From assembly GCA_964016885.1 (NCBI GenBank), contig OZ024742.1, forward strand, positions 117,490,001 through 117,554,000: a stretch of 64,000 nt of DNA, in the 5' to 3' direction. Within the stretch, counting starts at the first letter, position 1; the number at the start of each line of letters is the position of its first letter. Origin of the DNA: Eledone cirrhosa (Eukaryota). The translations under genes were made by a program, and so were the position numbers. The notes beneath the pieces were generated by a model. The model saw nothing but the letters and a program-made list of their open reading frames with translations, was not told the origin of the DNA and ran no database searches. Below, piece after piece: positions 1 through 13,399 of this stretch.

Positions 1-769
1 CCTACCCAGGTGCTTTACCAGTGTTCATTTGTCACACTGCAGTCTCAGCCTCTTCCAATATACATACATACATAGATAGACATTCATACATACATATATA
101 TATACATATATACCTACATGCATACATCCATACATATAACTGACAGACAGACATTGATACATACATACAGATTTTCATACACACATATATACACACATAT
201 ATATATATATAGACAGGTGTTCATACAACCTTTAAGGCAAATATCACCATCTCCACCAAACATACTAAAACAAGGTTATCTAGACATGTTCCAAATATCG
301 CACAATTGATTATTTTAAAACACAAGGGAATTGAAATAAACTACATGGGAAAGATGGATAAGAAATATTCACTTGGTTGAAAGAAAGATACTTTAGGAAC
401 TCCAAATGAAATCTTTCATTCAATTTCTTTTGTTTTAAAGGTCAGGGGCTACTATCACCTATTCCTCACTCACCTCCTGATATTAAAGAACTGTTCACTT
501 AAACTACTGGGTATATGGCTCAGACTTTACCTTTCATATCCTCACACATATGTGGTATTGAACAAATAATCATCTATTAGAAGTGTCTCTACACACAACA
601 GATGCTGAGATCTTCCATCGATTAGCCTTATATTTAATTGCCTCCACAAATCATGAACCATGACCATTAGCAGTTTCCCATTGCTATTTCCACCTACACA
701 CACACACACATGCACACACACACATATACATATGTATATGTATTTATATGTATAAAGGTAAAAGGCCTT

Positions 770-1820
770 TATAATTGGTCAAAGATAGAAGGAAGAAGAG
801 AGACTAATAGACAGATAGACAAACAGACACATGAGAGGTTGCTTGTATGTAGCAAATATATTTGGTTAAATATAGTAGGAAGGAGAAAGACTAATAGCCA
901 GATAGACAGAAACGTGAGAAGCTGAGCTGGCTATGTAATATAGTAGATATGGTTGGTCAAAGATAGGAAGAAAAGGACTAAAAGACAGACATACAGACAA
1001 CATGAGAAGCTGAGCTGGCTATGTAATATAGTAGATATGGTTGGTCAAAGGTAGGAAGAAAAGGACTAAAAGACAGACATACAGACAACATGAGAAGCTG
1101 AGCTGGATATGTAATATAGTAGATATGGTTGGTCAAAGGTAGGAAGAAAAGGACTAAAAGACAGACATACAGACAACATGAGAAGCTGAGCTGGCTATGT
1201 AATATAGTAGACATGGTTGGTCAAAGATAGGAAGAAAAGGACTAAAAGACAGACATACAGACAACGTGAGAAGCTGAGCTGGCTATGTAATATAGTAGAT
1301 ATGGTTGGTCAAAGATAGGAAGAAAAGGACTAAAAGACAGACATACAGACAACATGAGAAGCTGAGCTGGCTATGTAATATAGTAGATATGGTTGGTCAA
1401 AGATAGGAAGAAAAGGACTAAAAGACAGACATACAGACAACATGAGAAGCTGAGCTGGCTATGTAATATAGTAGACATGGTTGGTCAAAGATAGGAAGAA
1501 AAGGACTAAAAGACAGACATACAGACAACGTGAGAAGCTGAGTTGCTTGCATGTAATATAGTAGACATGGTTGGTCAAAGATAGGAAGAAAAGGACTAAA
1601 AGACAGACATACAGACAACATGAGAAGCTGAGCTGGCTATGTAATATAGTAGATATGGTTGGTCGAAGATAGGAAGAAAAGGACTAAAAGACAGACATAC
1701 AGACAACATGAGAAGCTGAGCTGGCTATGTAATATAGTAGATATGGTTGGTCAAAGATAGGAAGAAAAGGACTAAAAGACAGACATACAGACAACATGAG
1801 AAGCTGAGCTGACTATATAA
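770..1820. repeat. 88-bp tandem minisatellite, ~10 homogeneous units plus 1-2 degenerate upstream units
   Basis: Anchor c(a/g)tgagaagc recurs at 913,1001,1089,1177,1265,1353,1441,1529,1619,1707,1795 (period 88, one 90-bp unit). Confidence 0.95.
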
Positions 1821-2569
1821 TCTAGTAGAAGAAGTGAACTAAATTGTTGTGCACCTGAGCACTGTACACAATAATTTTCATTATTATTAAATCCATGATG
1901 GAGTCATAAAGGTGTCTTCCAGGCACACTGCATGTCCAGTATTTTAAACATAGTGCCTTATCTATCTCTGTATATAATATAGGAATATATAATACTATGA
2001 TATCAATGCAAAAGATACTATCTTCAAGTCTGTTCATACTAATGTGTGTGTGTGTATATATATATCATCATCATCATCGTTTTAATGTCTGCTTTCACTG
2101 CAAGGGCTGGACAGGTGTACATAAATCAAGTCAGTACTGAAACGAGGCTCCTGATCTCCCAGACAGGCCAGGGATATGCATCTTACTTTTGTACAGTCTC
2201 ATTATCTACCAAGTGCACAGAAAAAGTTGTCATGTCTTTGACACAACTGGGGGTCCTCCAAACCTTTTGTTTGGCAAGCTTTCGATGATTGAATGCCCTT
2301 TCTATCAATATCCACTTTACAGCATGTGCTGGGTAAATTCATCATATAGACCACCAAACATTAGAAAGGCTATCATGTCATTGACATGACTAAAATGTTC
2401 TCCCGACCAATTGTTTGGCAAGCCCTCCATAGTTGGATTCCCTTCCTATCAACAACCACTTCTCCAGAGGCAACAGCTACGAATCTGTGTGTGGGGTCAT
2501 GGGGTTGAGTGTGGTGAGGGTTGTGTAGTGATGTTGAGAATATCTGTTTGTGAGTACTAGTGGAGAGGG

Positions 2570-3010
2570 AGACATGAGGTTAGGTCAGGCCACATTGTAT
2601 ATTGCCTTCCCTCATGGTCTATAGTCATTTTTTTTTTGTAAGGTTTCATTTTTTAAGGTTGGTCATCACAACCTCACCCCATGTCTTACTGAGTCTACCT
2701 CATCCATGAGTCTCAGCCAGTAGTGTTTCACTGCATTTCTTTATGCTGCTGTTATCTTCCATGCACATCACATGTCTATACCAACACAATCTTGCACACT
2801 ACATCCAATTCCTCTTATGCAACTTTTTCCCTGTTTGCAGGTAAGCTAACATTGCACATCCATCAGAGCATACTTGATTCATTTCTTTCTAGCCTGTGCA
2901 GGTCTTCTGCAGTCAAGGTTCATGTTTCACTGCCATGTAACATTGCAGTTTACACACAGACATCATGCAGTCTTCTCTTCTCTCTGAGAGAAAAGCATTT
3001 TGTTGATAGG
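2570..3010 (-). mobile_element. Degenerate RTE LINE RT C-terminal fragment
   Basis: Similar to 7300-7700 of the RTE copy (AMLHGSETW / LERNE region). Confidence 0.7.
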
Positions 3011-3751
3011 TAGTCTGTAGGAAGGCCTCTTAGACATGGTTTATTTGTTCATTGGCAAGTCCAGCTTGTGAGGCATATGCAGATAGTATAGTGGCTGTAG
3101 TACTGCCCAAGGCTAATCTAAGTTTAATTATTTTTTAATGACAGGGGACTGCATGACTGCCTTTCACTTTTCATGGGTTTTACAGGTAGGAGAGTAGCCT
3201 GACTGTTTGGTGATACTCAATGAATTTACATGCATGTCAGGTTCTTTCATAATTTGTATTGTATTGTTTGTCAGAAAGATGTTTTTAGTTGTCCCCTGTG
3301 CCAGTTGAAATTGCAAGGTGTGCAGTGAGAGTGGGAGGGATGGAAACGATGTCCAGGATGCACTACACAGTAAAATCATATAGGCTTATGCTAAGAAGAG
3401 GTACAAATAACACTAATTTCACAGTATTTTACAAGTAACTGTGTAGGCAGAAATAACATTTTAGGCTATATTTAGGAGAATAAATTAAGGAGTTTTAGAT
3501 ACAATAATAGTAAGATTTAATTTTAAATCTAGAAGTTTAGTCAGTTGCATACTAATTTGCTGGCTGGTAGAAATCCAACATTTCAGCTTTTCTCAAATAT
3601 TTCTAGATTCTTGGACTTGGATATGGATGTGAGAAGGGCAAGAATGGTCCAGAGAAAAACCACATGTGAAATTTTTATATTTATAGCTATTTCCTAAGGT
3701 TATATAGACAATTTCAGAATTTGGTGTGTTGGAAAACGAAACTGCATTAGG

Positions 3752-3934
3752 ATAATTGTTTCTACTTTAGGCACAAGGCCAGCAATTACCCAGTGCGTTA
3801 CTGGTACTTTATTTTATCGACCCCGTAAGGATGAAAGGCAAAGTCAACCTCGGCGGGATTTGAACTCAGATCGTAAAGGGACGTAACTATGCTGGAAAGC
3901 ATGGCATCCGACCCTCTACCGATACTGCCAATCC
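3752..3934 (-). mobile_element. tRNA-derived SINE family A (Meta-domain-like core)
   Basis: Reverse complement has A/B-box-like head and gcctttcatccttacggggtcgataaaataaagtaccag core; aggataat target-site duplication at 3749-3756 and 3935-3942; many copies in window. Confidence 0.85.
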
Positions 3935-4121
3935 AGGATAATGTTAAAAGGAGAGGGAGAGTAGACAATAATTTCACATCGTATTTTACAAGTAGCTGTT
4001 TAAGTAGAAAATAACTTTTTTAGGAAATATTTAGGAGAATTAATTAATAAATTTTAGATATCAGATACAACAGTATAGTATATAATGAATATATACATAT
4101 ATACATAAATATATATATATT

Positions 4122-4206
<85 letters not shown>

Positions 4207-4209
<3 letters not shown>

Positions 4210-4630
4210 AGAGGAAAGTACGAATGGGGGATAATTTTCCTTCATCAGTTGTCTGCAGGGGATCATGGATATTTCTATGCATTAATGACAAGATATCTAG
4301 CCCCAGTGCATCAATAACTAAAGGACTTTATTGGAGAAAAAAGGAGAGAGAGAAAAATATATATAACAGAAGGGAAAAAGGAAAAAGAAAACAGCGAAAA
4401 AAACGGAAAACAACATACCGAAGAGGGAAACCCGAAAGCACATGTGTGTGAGGAACTCGAAGACTTCGAGTTGCTCACATACAAGATATCTTGTCTTTAA
4501 TACGTAGAAATATCCATGATCCCCAGCAGACAACTGATGAAAGAAAATTATCCCCCGTTCGTGCTTTCCTCTTATTTATAAACACACCTTATCCAGCAAC
4601 TACATAGTCCCTGGTTCTTCTCTCTCTCTC
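4207..4630. mobile_element. Fold-back element (PLE pseudo-LTR-like) with ~92-bp inverted arms between (TA)n tracts
   Basis: 4207-4298 is the imperfect reverse complement of 4484-4575; CTGATGA at 4534-4540; degenerate core CCGAAGA-GGG-aaa-CCC-GAAA at 4418-4437. Confidence 0.7.
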
Positions 4631-5023
4631 TATATATATATATATAACATTTATATTACATTATTTACCAAATCTGTCCTCTATTTTCTATTCTCTGTTA
4701 GTATTCGCCATAATCTTGTTATCCTATATAACTAATTCTGAAGCAACACCTGATGAAATCGCCTAAGTCTTGTATCATGATCGCATGATGAAACTGGGCC
4801 ATTGAAATATGTGTAGTGTTTTCACGATATTAAAATTTTAAAGAATGTTTCCAGTCTTGTTTTTAATGTGTGTGTGTGTGTGTGTGTGTGTATGCTTGGT
4901 GGTTGAAGAGGTAGAGATGCAGTTGTCGTTTCATTTTATGTAAAGGATTTTTGTGAGTATTTTTCTGCTGATATATATATATGCGAAATGTAAATGAAAA
5001 ACAACACAGGAAGACAATACAGT

Positions 5024-5056
<33 letters not shown>

Positions 5057-5989
5057 AAACACAACATGCTTCCTGTTGACTGTTGATAGACAATTGTGTT
5101 TTTACAAGAGTCACTTTTCATTCTATTTCTTCTTTCTTTCCTGCCTATCTACCCCACTTCTCTCTAGACCCTTTTCAACCTTTTCTTTGTTTGTCTCTCA
5201 CGATGTATTGTCTGCTCCCTTCCCTTCTTCTTCTGTCACTCTCTCTTTCATCTCTTAGATTCATTAGGCAGCAGGCCTATGTTTGCTAGACTCGGACATC
5301 TATTTTCCTTTGACGAAAATCTTTCCAGCATTAATCTGTTGTACATTTTACAATGAATGTTGTCATAATTCAGTCACATGCCTGTTGCTTATTTATTTCT
5401 AGTCATGATATTTTTATGTATTTATCTCAGTTTGAAACACATCTGAAATTTTTCTGTCTGTTCTTTGTGGTGATATTGTCTCAATCTGTTATGCGAAACA
5501 GTGTTGCAAGTGCAATCTCATCTTAATGCACAAAATTGTATGCAAGAATCTGACTGAAGATTTAGTTGTTTATTTGTCTTATGTAACTGTTTTTCTATGA
5601 AAATTTCCTTTCAAACATCTTATATTTAAAACACAATTGTCTTCCAGTTTGATCATTTTTATTAAAGATTTTTTGTATATCTTTAATCTTTCCTAAATCG
5701 ACATGTATATTAACTTTTTGAAATCTTGAAACCTTCACAGTGAATGGTCATACTAGTGGTGCATTAGTCACATGCTTAACAGTGGTCATAACCTATTAAG
5801 GAGTCGCAGGAGGTTGTGATTGCCTGATTTAAAATGTCTTCGTGGTCGAAACATTGAAGGAGAGTTTAACCTTGCATATATCAATGACAAAGTTAAAACA
5901 CACAAACATAACAATCTTCTCCAACCAATAATTTACCCCCACCCCAACCCCAACCCCAAAAGACATACAGAATCGTTGAATTAATGGAT

Positions 5990-6335
5990 ACCATTATCAA
6001 GTCATAAATGCCAGATTGTTATGATATAAAATCATCAGAAGAATTCCTTGAAATCCTACATGAAACAGATAAGGTTGGCAATATCTCCACCATGGGTGTC
6101 AAACGCCTTTTGACCAACATCCCAGTGATTGAAGCAATAAATATAATCCTAGGCAATGTATATTCACAACCAACATTAAAACTGTAGGTATATCAAGAAA
6201 CATCTTGAAAATTTACTGTTGGTATCTACAACTGACATCCTCTTCGCCTGTTCACTAAATACAGAAGAATGGTGTCGTTATTGGCTTCCCATTTGGGCCC
6301 ACATTTACATCATTGTACATGTGTAAAGGGGAAAA
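5990..6335 (+). pseudogene. Penelope-type reverse transcriptase fragment
   Basis: Frameshifted translation GVKRLLTNIPVIEAINII...QKNGVVIGFPFGPTFTSLYM resembles PLE RT motifs DVxSLFTNVP and QxDGVAMGSPLGP. Confidence 0.7.
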
Positions 6336-6549
6336 CATAATTTAGTTGGTCTGACTTATATTACCCTAACCTGAGATTTTGGCATAAGTTTAATATGTTA
6401 TATATATATATGTGCGTGTGTGGTTATAGTGTAGTATTTCATTATTTTCTTTAGTAAGATGAGATAAGCTCAATGCACTTTATTGTCTTCTGTTTCTCTG
6501 TAGTAAAAACTATACGGTTAAGATATCAGCAGTTAAAATATCATGTTAA

Positions 6550-6768
6550 CCCTTTAGCATTTACATTACTCTATATTCACTATTGTATTTTTGTGGTAAA
6601 GGCTTTATCTCACATATTAATTTCACATAATATCAAATCTATGAGATATTGACATTATTTATTTTGAGAACAATACTTTAACACCAGTACAAGTGGCTGG
6701 TTACAGCTGGTTTGAACAAAAAGAGGTGATAGAATTCTGGCCGGATATGGCCGGTTTAAATGCTAAGG
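6550..6768. mobile_element. piggyBac-type MITE, right end damaged
   Basis: ttaa+ccctttagcattta at left; body is the reverse complement of the copy at 29928-30128. Confidence 0.8.
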
Positions 6769-6837
6769 CAGTTCATGTAACAGAGCAATTAAAATTCCAA
6801 ATTGTAAGAAAGTCAAAGATAAGAATATGTGTGAGTG

Positions 6838-9800
6838 TATCATCATCATCATCATCATCGTTTAACGTCCATGTTCCACGCTTGCATGGGTTTGGACGGG
6901 AGTTTTCCCACTTGAGGCAAGAGTGGTTGTCTTGCTCGCATAGGACTGTCTGGCGGGTTTTCTACAGCTGGATGCCCTTCCTAACACCAACCACATTTAC
7001 AGTGTGGGACTGGGAGGTTTTTACCGTGTTACCTACACGGCCACATTACAGCGTGGACTGTGTGTTTTTTTGTCGTGACACCTACACGATCTCATTTGTT
7101 TCGGCCTGGATGTTGTGGCACCAACATAACTTTACATTGAAATCGGCGGTGTGGATGGGGTGGGGGTGGTAGGACGGTGGTGTATTTTGTTAGAGATGCC
7201 TACTGACTGTAGTAGGTTTTACTTTGTATTTAGGTAAGGCGGGTCTTCTCTATTACTGAGTACCGCCAAAGGTCTCGGTCCAGTGACATTGTCTTGGAGA
7301 GGTGTAAGTGTGTGAGGTCGGAATTTATCAGGTCGTCCCAGGTTTTTCTGGGTCTGCCTACTCCGTGGCTACCGTCTATCTTTATTGCCCTGCACTTTGT
7401 TATACAGCTGTCGTCTTTCATGCGCATCGCGTGACCATACCAACGTAGCCTTCTCTCGAGTAAACAACATCTGATCCCTCTTATTTCTAATTTTTTCCTT
7501 AGTTCGTTTATGCTTTGCCGTTCATGTATATTACTATTACACATCCAGCAGAGCATGCAACCTTCGTTCCTCTCTAGTCTGTGTATATCCTCTGCACGCA
7601 ATGCCCAGGTCTCACTGCCATGCAACATTGCTGTTCGTATGCAGGCATCATACAGCCTGCCTTTCATTTTTAGGGAGAACCCTTTAGCGGCTAATAGTGG
7701 TATAAGCTCTCTGAACTTTTTCCATCCAGTTCTGACTCTAGCTACTGTACTTTCAGAGCACCCTCCCCCTCTGCTGATTTTGTCACCCAGGTAACGGAAG
7801 CTGTCCACTATATCTATAGAACCCTCTGCGCAATTGAAAGAGCTAGTATTTTGTGGGCACTTGCAGCTACTTATTGCACCAGAGCACCGGCCACATGTAA
7901 AATCTATGTTCTTAGTTAGCTTACCTGTGATCCCACTACATCTTTTATGCACCCATACTTTGCATTTGGGACATAAAATGGAGTTTCTACCTACGCCTTT
8001 CCTACACACTGAGCATGGCCATTTCCCGGAAGGGACTGGCGCCTTATTTTCTTTCCTACAAACTAGAACTTTAGTCTTAGCCAGGTTAATTTTAAGGCCT
8101 TTTGATTCTAGGCCGTGCTTCCATGTTTGGAATTTCTTCTCTAGCTCGGCCATTGATTCAGCTATGAGCGTTAGATCATCTGCGTATAGGAGTTCCCATG
8201 GGCAGCCGGTCTTGAACTCCACTGTTATAGCCTGAAGGGCAATAATAAATAGTAGGGGGCTAAGAACAGAGCCCTGATGAACACCAACTTTTACGCTAAA
8301 CTCTTCACTATATTCGTTGTTAATTCTAACCTTGCTCACTGTTTCTTTATACATGGCTTGTATAGCTCTCACAAGCCATTCGTCAACACCTAGTTTTCTA
8401 AGAGCCCACCAGATAATGGAACGGGGGACTCTGTCGAAGGCTTTCTCTAAGTCGACAAAAGCTAAGTATAGGGGTTTACTTTTAGCTAGGTACTTCTCCT
8501 GTAGTTGTCGTACAATGAAAAGAGCGTCTGTGGTACTTTTGCCTGACACAAACCCGAACTGCATTTCATCTAGATCAATTCTCTCTCTGATTAGTTGCGC
8601 TATTACTTTTTCCGTGTCCTTTATGACCTGGTCGATTAATTTAATGCCTCTATAGTTACTCCTATCTAGGGCATCTCCTTTACCCTTGTAACAGTTAATG
8701 ATGATGCTGCTGCGCCAGTCCTTCGGAACAACCCCATTCTGTATGATTTGGTTTACTATCCGGGTGACCATGGTATGTCCCACCGTTCCAGAGGCTTTCA
8801 GCATCTCAGCAACTATTTCCGAAGGCCCAGCCGCCTTACCCGTCTTCATATCTTTGATTGCCTTACTTATTATACTACCTTCGACTAACACTGCTGGTCC
8901 CTCTATTGGGTCGATGTGGGGGAGACTTTCTTTCTCCCATTTATTCTCCTCATTTAGTAGCCTTTCGTAGTGACACTTCCAAGCTACCTTCTTATCAGCG
9001 TCAGTGATAGCAAGTATGCCATCATCATTAAGTACACACTTCTCCCCGACAATATCACGGTTTTCCTTGACACATTGTCTAGCAATCCTGAACACCTCAC
9101 GTTTTTGGTCCTCGCGTTGTAGAACATGCTTGAACTTTCTTTCCTCTGCTTCCCTTCTTGCGAAGTACACTTGTCTCCTAGCTTCCCCCCTGGCCACTTG
9201 ATAGTCTTCTCTACTTACCCCCATCCCGCCATACTTTCCAAGCCTGCTTTTTGGCCTTAATTGACCCCTCCACCTTACTGTTCCACCACCATGTTACTCT
9301 CCTCCTGCCTACAGGCCTGCTCCAGCCACAGACTTTGTCTGCCACCGTCAGCAGGTTTGCTTTCAGGAATTCCCACTGTTCCTCTATATTGTATGACTCT
9401 AATTGCTCTTCCTTACTGTCGAAAGCATCAAGTAATATGCTTTTAAATTTATTTCTGGCTGTGGGGTCCTTTAGCTTCCATATTTTTCTCCTGAGGATAA
9501 TCCTCTTCTGCTGTCTAGTACGTCTTGTCCTGACTATTAGGTCGCTAATTATCAGTCTATGTTGGGAGGTGCATTCTTCATGGGGGAGGGATTTAGTGTT
9601 TACAACAGACACTCTGTCACGTCTTCTGGTAAGGATATAATCTACCTGGCTTGTGTGTTCCCCCGATCTATAGGTGATCAGGTGATTGTCTCGTTTTTTT
9701 AAGTTTGTGTTACAGATAGTTAGGTTATTTGCATCACAGAATTCCAGGATTCTGGAGCCTTCTTCATTTCTAGTACCAAACCTGTAGCCTCCATGGATTC

Positions 9801-10347
9801 CGTCATAGCCGTCACAATGTTGTCCAACGTGACCGTTTAGGTCGCCTGCAATAATTATATAGTCACTGTCGGTTATTTGGGAGGTAGTGAGCATCAGTGT
9901 CTCATAGAATCTGTCTTTTATAGTGCTGGGCAGTCTGGATTGGGGTGCGTACGCGGATATTACTATCACCGTAGTTCTATTGAGGACAAGTCTTATTTTA
10001 ATTATTCTGTTGTTCACTCTATTTACGTCTATTATCTTATCTGCCCACTTTTCTGCTACCATGATTCCTACTCCACCCAGCCCATTGTCGTTTCCCACCC
10101 AGAAAAGCTTATAGCATCGTTTTCTACCCACAATGAATCTAGCAGAGCCACCCCTCCACCTGGTCTCTTGAATACAACAATACGTTCAAGCATTTCTACA
10201 ACCTCGTTAGAGCGACCCTTTAAGGTGCCTACATTCATGGTACCAACTCTGAAGTTCTGGATTGCGTTTGGAGAGTGGGAGCGGTGGGGGGGGGGATGGG
10301 GGAGATGGGGTTATGTTAGCCATCCGCGGCCGAAACAAAGAGGAGGA

Positions 10348-10348
<1 letters not shown>
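6838..10348 (-). mobile_element. Near full-length RTE-clade LINE
   Basis: APE endonuclease + RT on minus strand, 3'UTR with aggaagggcatccagc motif and (GAT)n tail at 6838-6860; 5' end abuts (TA)n. Confidence 0.95.
7230..10323 (-). pseudogene. RTE APE-RT polyprotein with ~3 frameshifts and an internal PHD-like finger
   Basis: APE motifs (NVGTL, QETRW, YAPQ, GDLNGHVG, DYIL, SQH); RT motifs (DLEKAFDRV, QGSVLSP, YADD); frameshifts near 10290, 10183 and 9215. Confidence 0.93.
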
Positions 10349-10403
<55 letters not shown>

Positions 10404-10800
10404 AAATCACATTCATTTGCAGAGCAACTGGAGATAATTAGTTAATAATTATCCTCATTATGGGTGCTTTATCCCAACCGTATCTCTTCAGGAAATATTA
10501 TTCAGAACAAAAGATAATAAATATCAAGACAGTGAGAAAAGTTAAAAGTTAAAATGCATACTGCTTTTAAGCAAGTAGTATGATTCAAGTGCATGTTATG
10601 CAGAAGAGGTTTTATAAAATTTATTTTAAAAACATAAAAGTTTATTCGTTTTTTTTTTGTGTTTTTTTTTCATGAAAATTTGTTAGATTATTTGACTTTT
10701 CTCGTTTCTTGATATTGTTGGTATTCATTATTTGTTCTGAATATTTCCTGAAGAAATATGGTTCAGATAAAGCATCCGTAATAGGGATAATTATTAACTA

Positions 10801-10990
10801 ATAATTGTTTCTACTTTAGGCACAAGGCCAGCAATTACCCAGTGCATTACTGGTTCTTTATTTTATCGACCCCATAAGGATGAAAGGCAAAGTCAACCTC
10901 GGCGGGATTTGAACTCAGATCGTAAAGGGACGTAACTATGCTGGAAAGCATGGCGTCCGACCCCCTACCGATACTGCCAATCCACCGCCC
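10801..10990 (-). mobile_element. SINE family A, full length
   Basis: Near-identical to 3752-3934; TSD attattaacta at 10790-10800 and 10993-11003. Confidence 0.9.
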
Positions 10991-11003
10991 TTATTATTAA
11001 CTA

Positions 11004-11184
11004 ATAATTGTTTCTACTTTTGGCACAAGGCCAGCAATCACCCAGTACATTACTGGTACTTTATTTTATCGACCCCGTAAGGATGAAAGGCAAAGTTAAC
11101 CTCAGCGGGATTTGAACTCAGAATGGCAAGGGCCGTAACTCTATGCATCAAAGCATGGCATCCGACCCTCTACCGATACTGCCA
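11004..11184 (-). mobile_element. SINE family A (variant subfamily)
   Basis: Same core and tail, diverged head. Confidence 0.88.
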
Positions 11185-12771
11185 GTTGTTCTGCAAATGA
11201 ATGGGATATTTTAGCCATGTTGAAACGTTCGTAGAAATTTATGAATAAATGATAATTTCTTATCCTTGACTTTCTTACAATTTTGAATATATAAATATAC
11301 ACACATATTCTGGTTTAACTATTGCAATCCATGTCAATATTTTGTTCTCAATCTAATATTCCTTATATTTCAAAATTTTACCATATTCCTATAATAGTTA
11401 TAATTAAATCCAATGAAGATTTAATATCTTATCAAATGCCTTAATTATATTATCTTGATTGCCAAATCTCAATAAGTATATTATCTTATAGTGGAAAATT
11501 TAAATAAAAATCATTTAATCATTAGAATGTATATGTGGAAATTTATCCTTTTTTTTCTTCTTTTTTTAAGTTGTTTAATAAAGAATAAGATTTGTTAATC
11601 ATTTAAAAAGGAAAATTTATTTGATAGTTTAATTAATAAAAAAAATATCAATAATTGGATTTCCTTCCTTTGGAATGGTTTATAACGATGAATTATAATT
11701 GGAAGGATTTATAATGATGATAAATGACTTTCTTCATAAGTTTCAAGCTAAGCTCATTTCAATTGCATTTTAAAGGGAATCACAGTTAACGAACATGTTA
11801 ATTGCTTAAATAAGGTGTTCCAAATATTAGGAAAAGGATTTTATCTATTGATTATCATAAGTGATATTGGTATGTATGCAAGCAAAAAAGAATTCCCAAT
11901 TTTAAATTACAAAACTTATTTTAAATTGTTCTTTGTTATTGTTTTACGGAACTGCCACTGTATCATATGTATTTGACCACTTTCATTAAAAGAGTGGATC
12001 AGACTTTTAGCCAATTGATACAGCTGGCAACAGGTCACTAACATGCCAGATGACACTGTTGACTTTTACCCTCTCTAATTTCTTGGCACACATATTCCGT
12101 TTGTCTCTTTTTTACATTTTGTTTACAAGCTCACTACACATAAAATATATTTACATTCCAAGAAAATACTTTCTGTTGCTGTGTAATTTTAATATATTTT
12201 TATATAATGTTAATGGAAACGTTATGCCTGTTGTTATGTTGAAGTGTTCTATATTTCTGGTGTGTTAATTCATCATATATATTCCTTGTATTCCATGGCA
12301 AAAAGTAAATACATCATTAGCAGTATTATTTTTTTGTTGGTCTAATCAATTGATATTCAGGGAAATTGCTTTCACAATTTCCCGACACATCAACACATTG
12401 ATGAACACAACTATCACAACACCAATCAAACTTTTCTGCTAAAGCACTTTTGATACCAACCTACCTTAGACTGTCCCTGCATCTTTGATACAAAACTTCT
12501 CATTTTAAGGTGTTCATATTTAAATGAAAACCTCCAATCATGTATGAACCTTTTCGCTACTTTATATTCCAATAACTGTCTTAATAGTAAAAAGATTAGT
12601 TATGCTAAATCCCACCAAAGTCTTGATTAATTTTCTAATTATTTGAAACAGACAGGCATAGCACTTCATTAGAAATATGGTTACAAAAGGTTTAATGATT
12701 TATTTCTTAAACATAGTCAACCCTTTTAATTCATTGTAGAACATCATTCAATACCACAAAACTTCATTATT

Positions 12772-13106
12772 GTATCGGTAGAGGGTCGGACGCCATGCTT
12801 TCTAGCATAGTTACGTCCCTTTACGATCTGAGTTCAAATCCCGCCAAGGTTGACTTTGCCTTTCATCCTTACGGGGTCGATAAAATAAAGTACCAGTGAG
12901 GCACTGGGTAGTTGCTGGCCTTGTGCCTAAAGTAGAAACAATTATTACATCAATATCAGTAGAGAGTCAGACGACATGCTTTGACATATAGAGTTACGGC
13001 CCTTGCCATTCTGAGTTCAAATCCCGCCCGTAAGGGCTCGATAAAATAAAGTACCAGTAATGCACTGGGTAATTGTGGCCTTGTGCCAAAAGTAGAAACA
13101 ATTATT
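12772..13106 (+). mobile_element. Two tandem SINE family A copies (12772-12946; 12954-13106, internally deleted)
   Basis: Both end gtagaaacaattattacatcaat. Confidence 0.85.
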
Positions 13107-13399
13107 ACATCAATTAAAATACATCTATTTTTGGACAATTTATTCCAAAACTTCAATCAATACGAAAAGTCTCCACCCGAAACACCCTTTTAGTAATTAA
13201 TAAAACACAAATTATCAAAAATTATTTAATAAAAAACTTGATAATTAATAGGGACATATATGAAATCATATATATCATTTATGTATAATAAGTCTTACTC
13301 TGGGTTCTTTAATAAAAGTATTTGGTATTCTCCTTGATTAGTGAGGTAACTGTGGCATGATCACAGATTGAAATATCCACAGCAGGACTAATTTATGCT

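Larger units (their letters stand above)
10744..11237 (+). ncRNA. Type I hammerhead-like motif with enlarged stem II loop interrupted by SINEs
   Basis: tttc-CTGAAGA(10748-54)-aatatgg ... ccatgtt(11215-21)-GAAA-cgttcgTA-gaaa; all three helices pair by eye. Confidence 0.55.
6794..11290. mobile_element. Fold-back pseudo-LTR element split by a LINE and two SINEs
   Basis: Left arm pieces 6794-6825 and 10399-10545 are inverted counterparts of 11258-11289, 11183-11213 and 10693-10800. Confidence 0.7.

Noticed and set aside
913-1820. CRISPR-like array / repeated ORFs
   Set aside because: No unique spacers, eukaryotic context; ORFs are repeat artefacts
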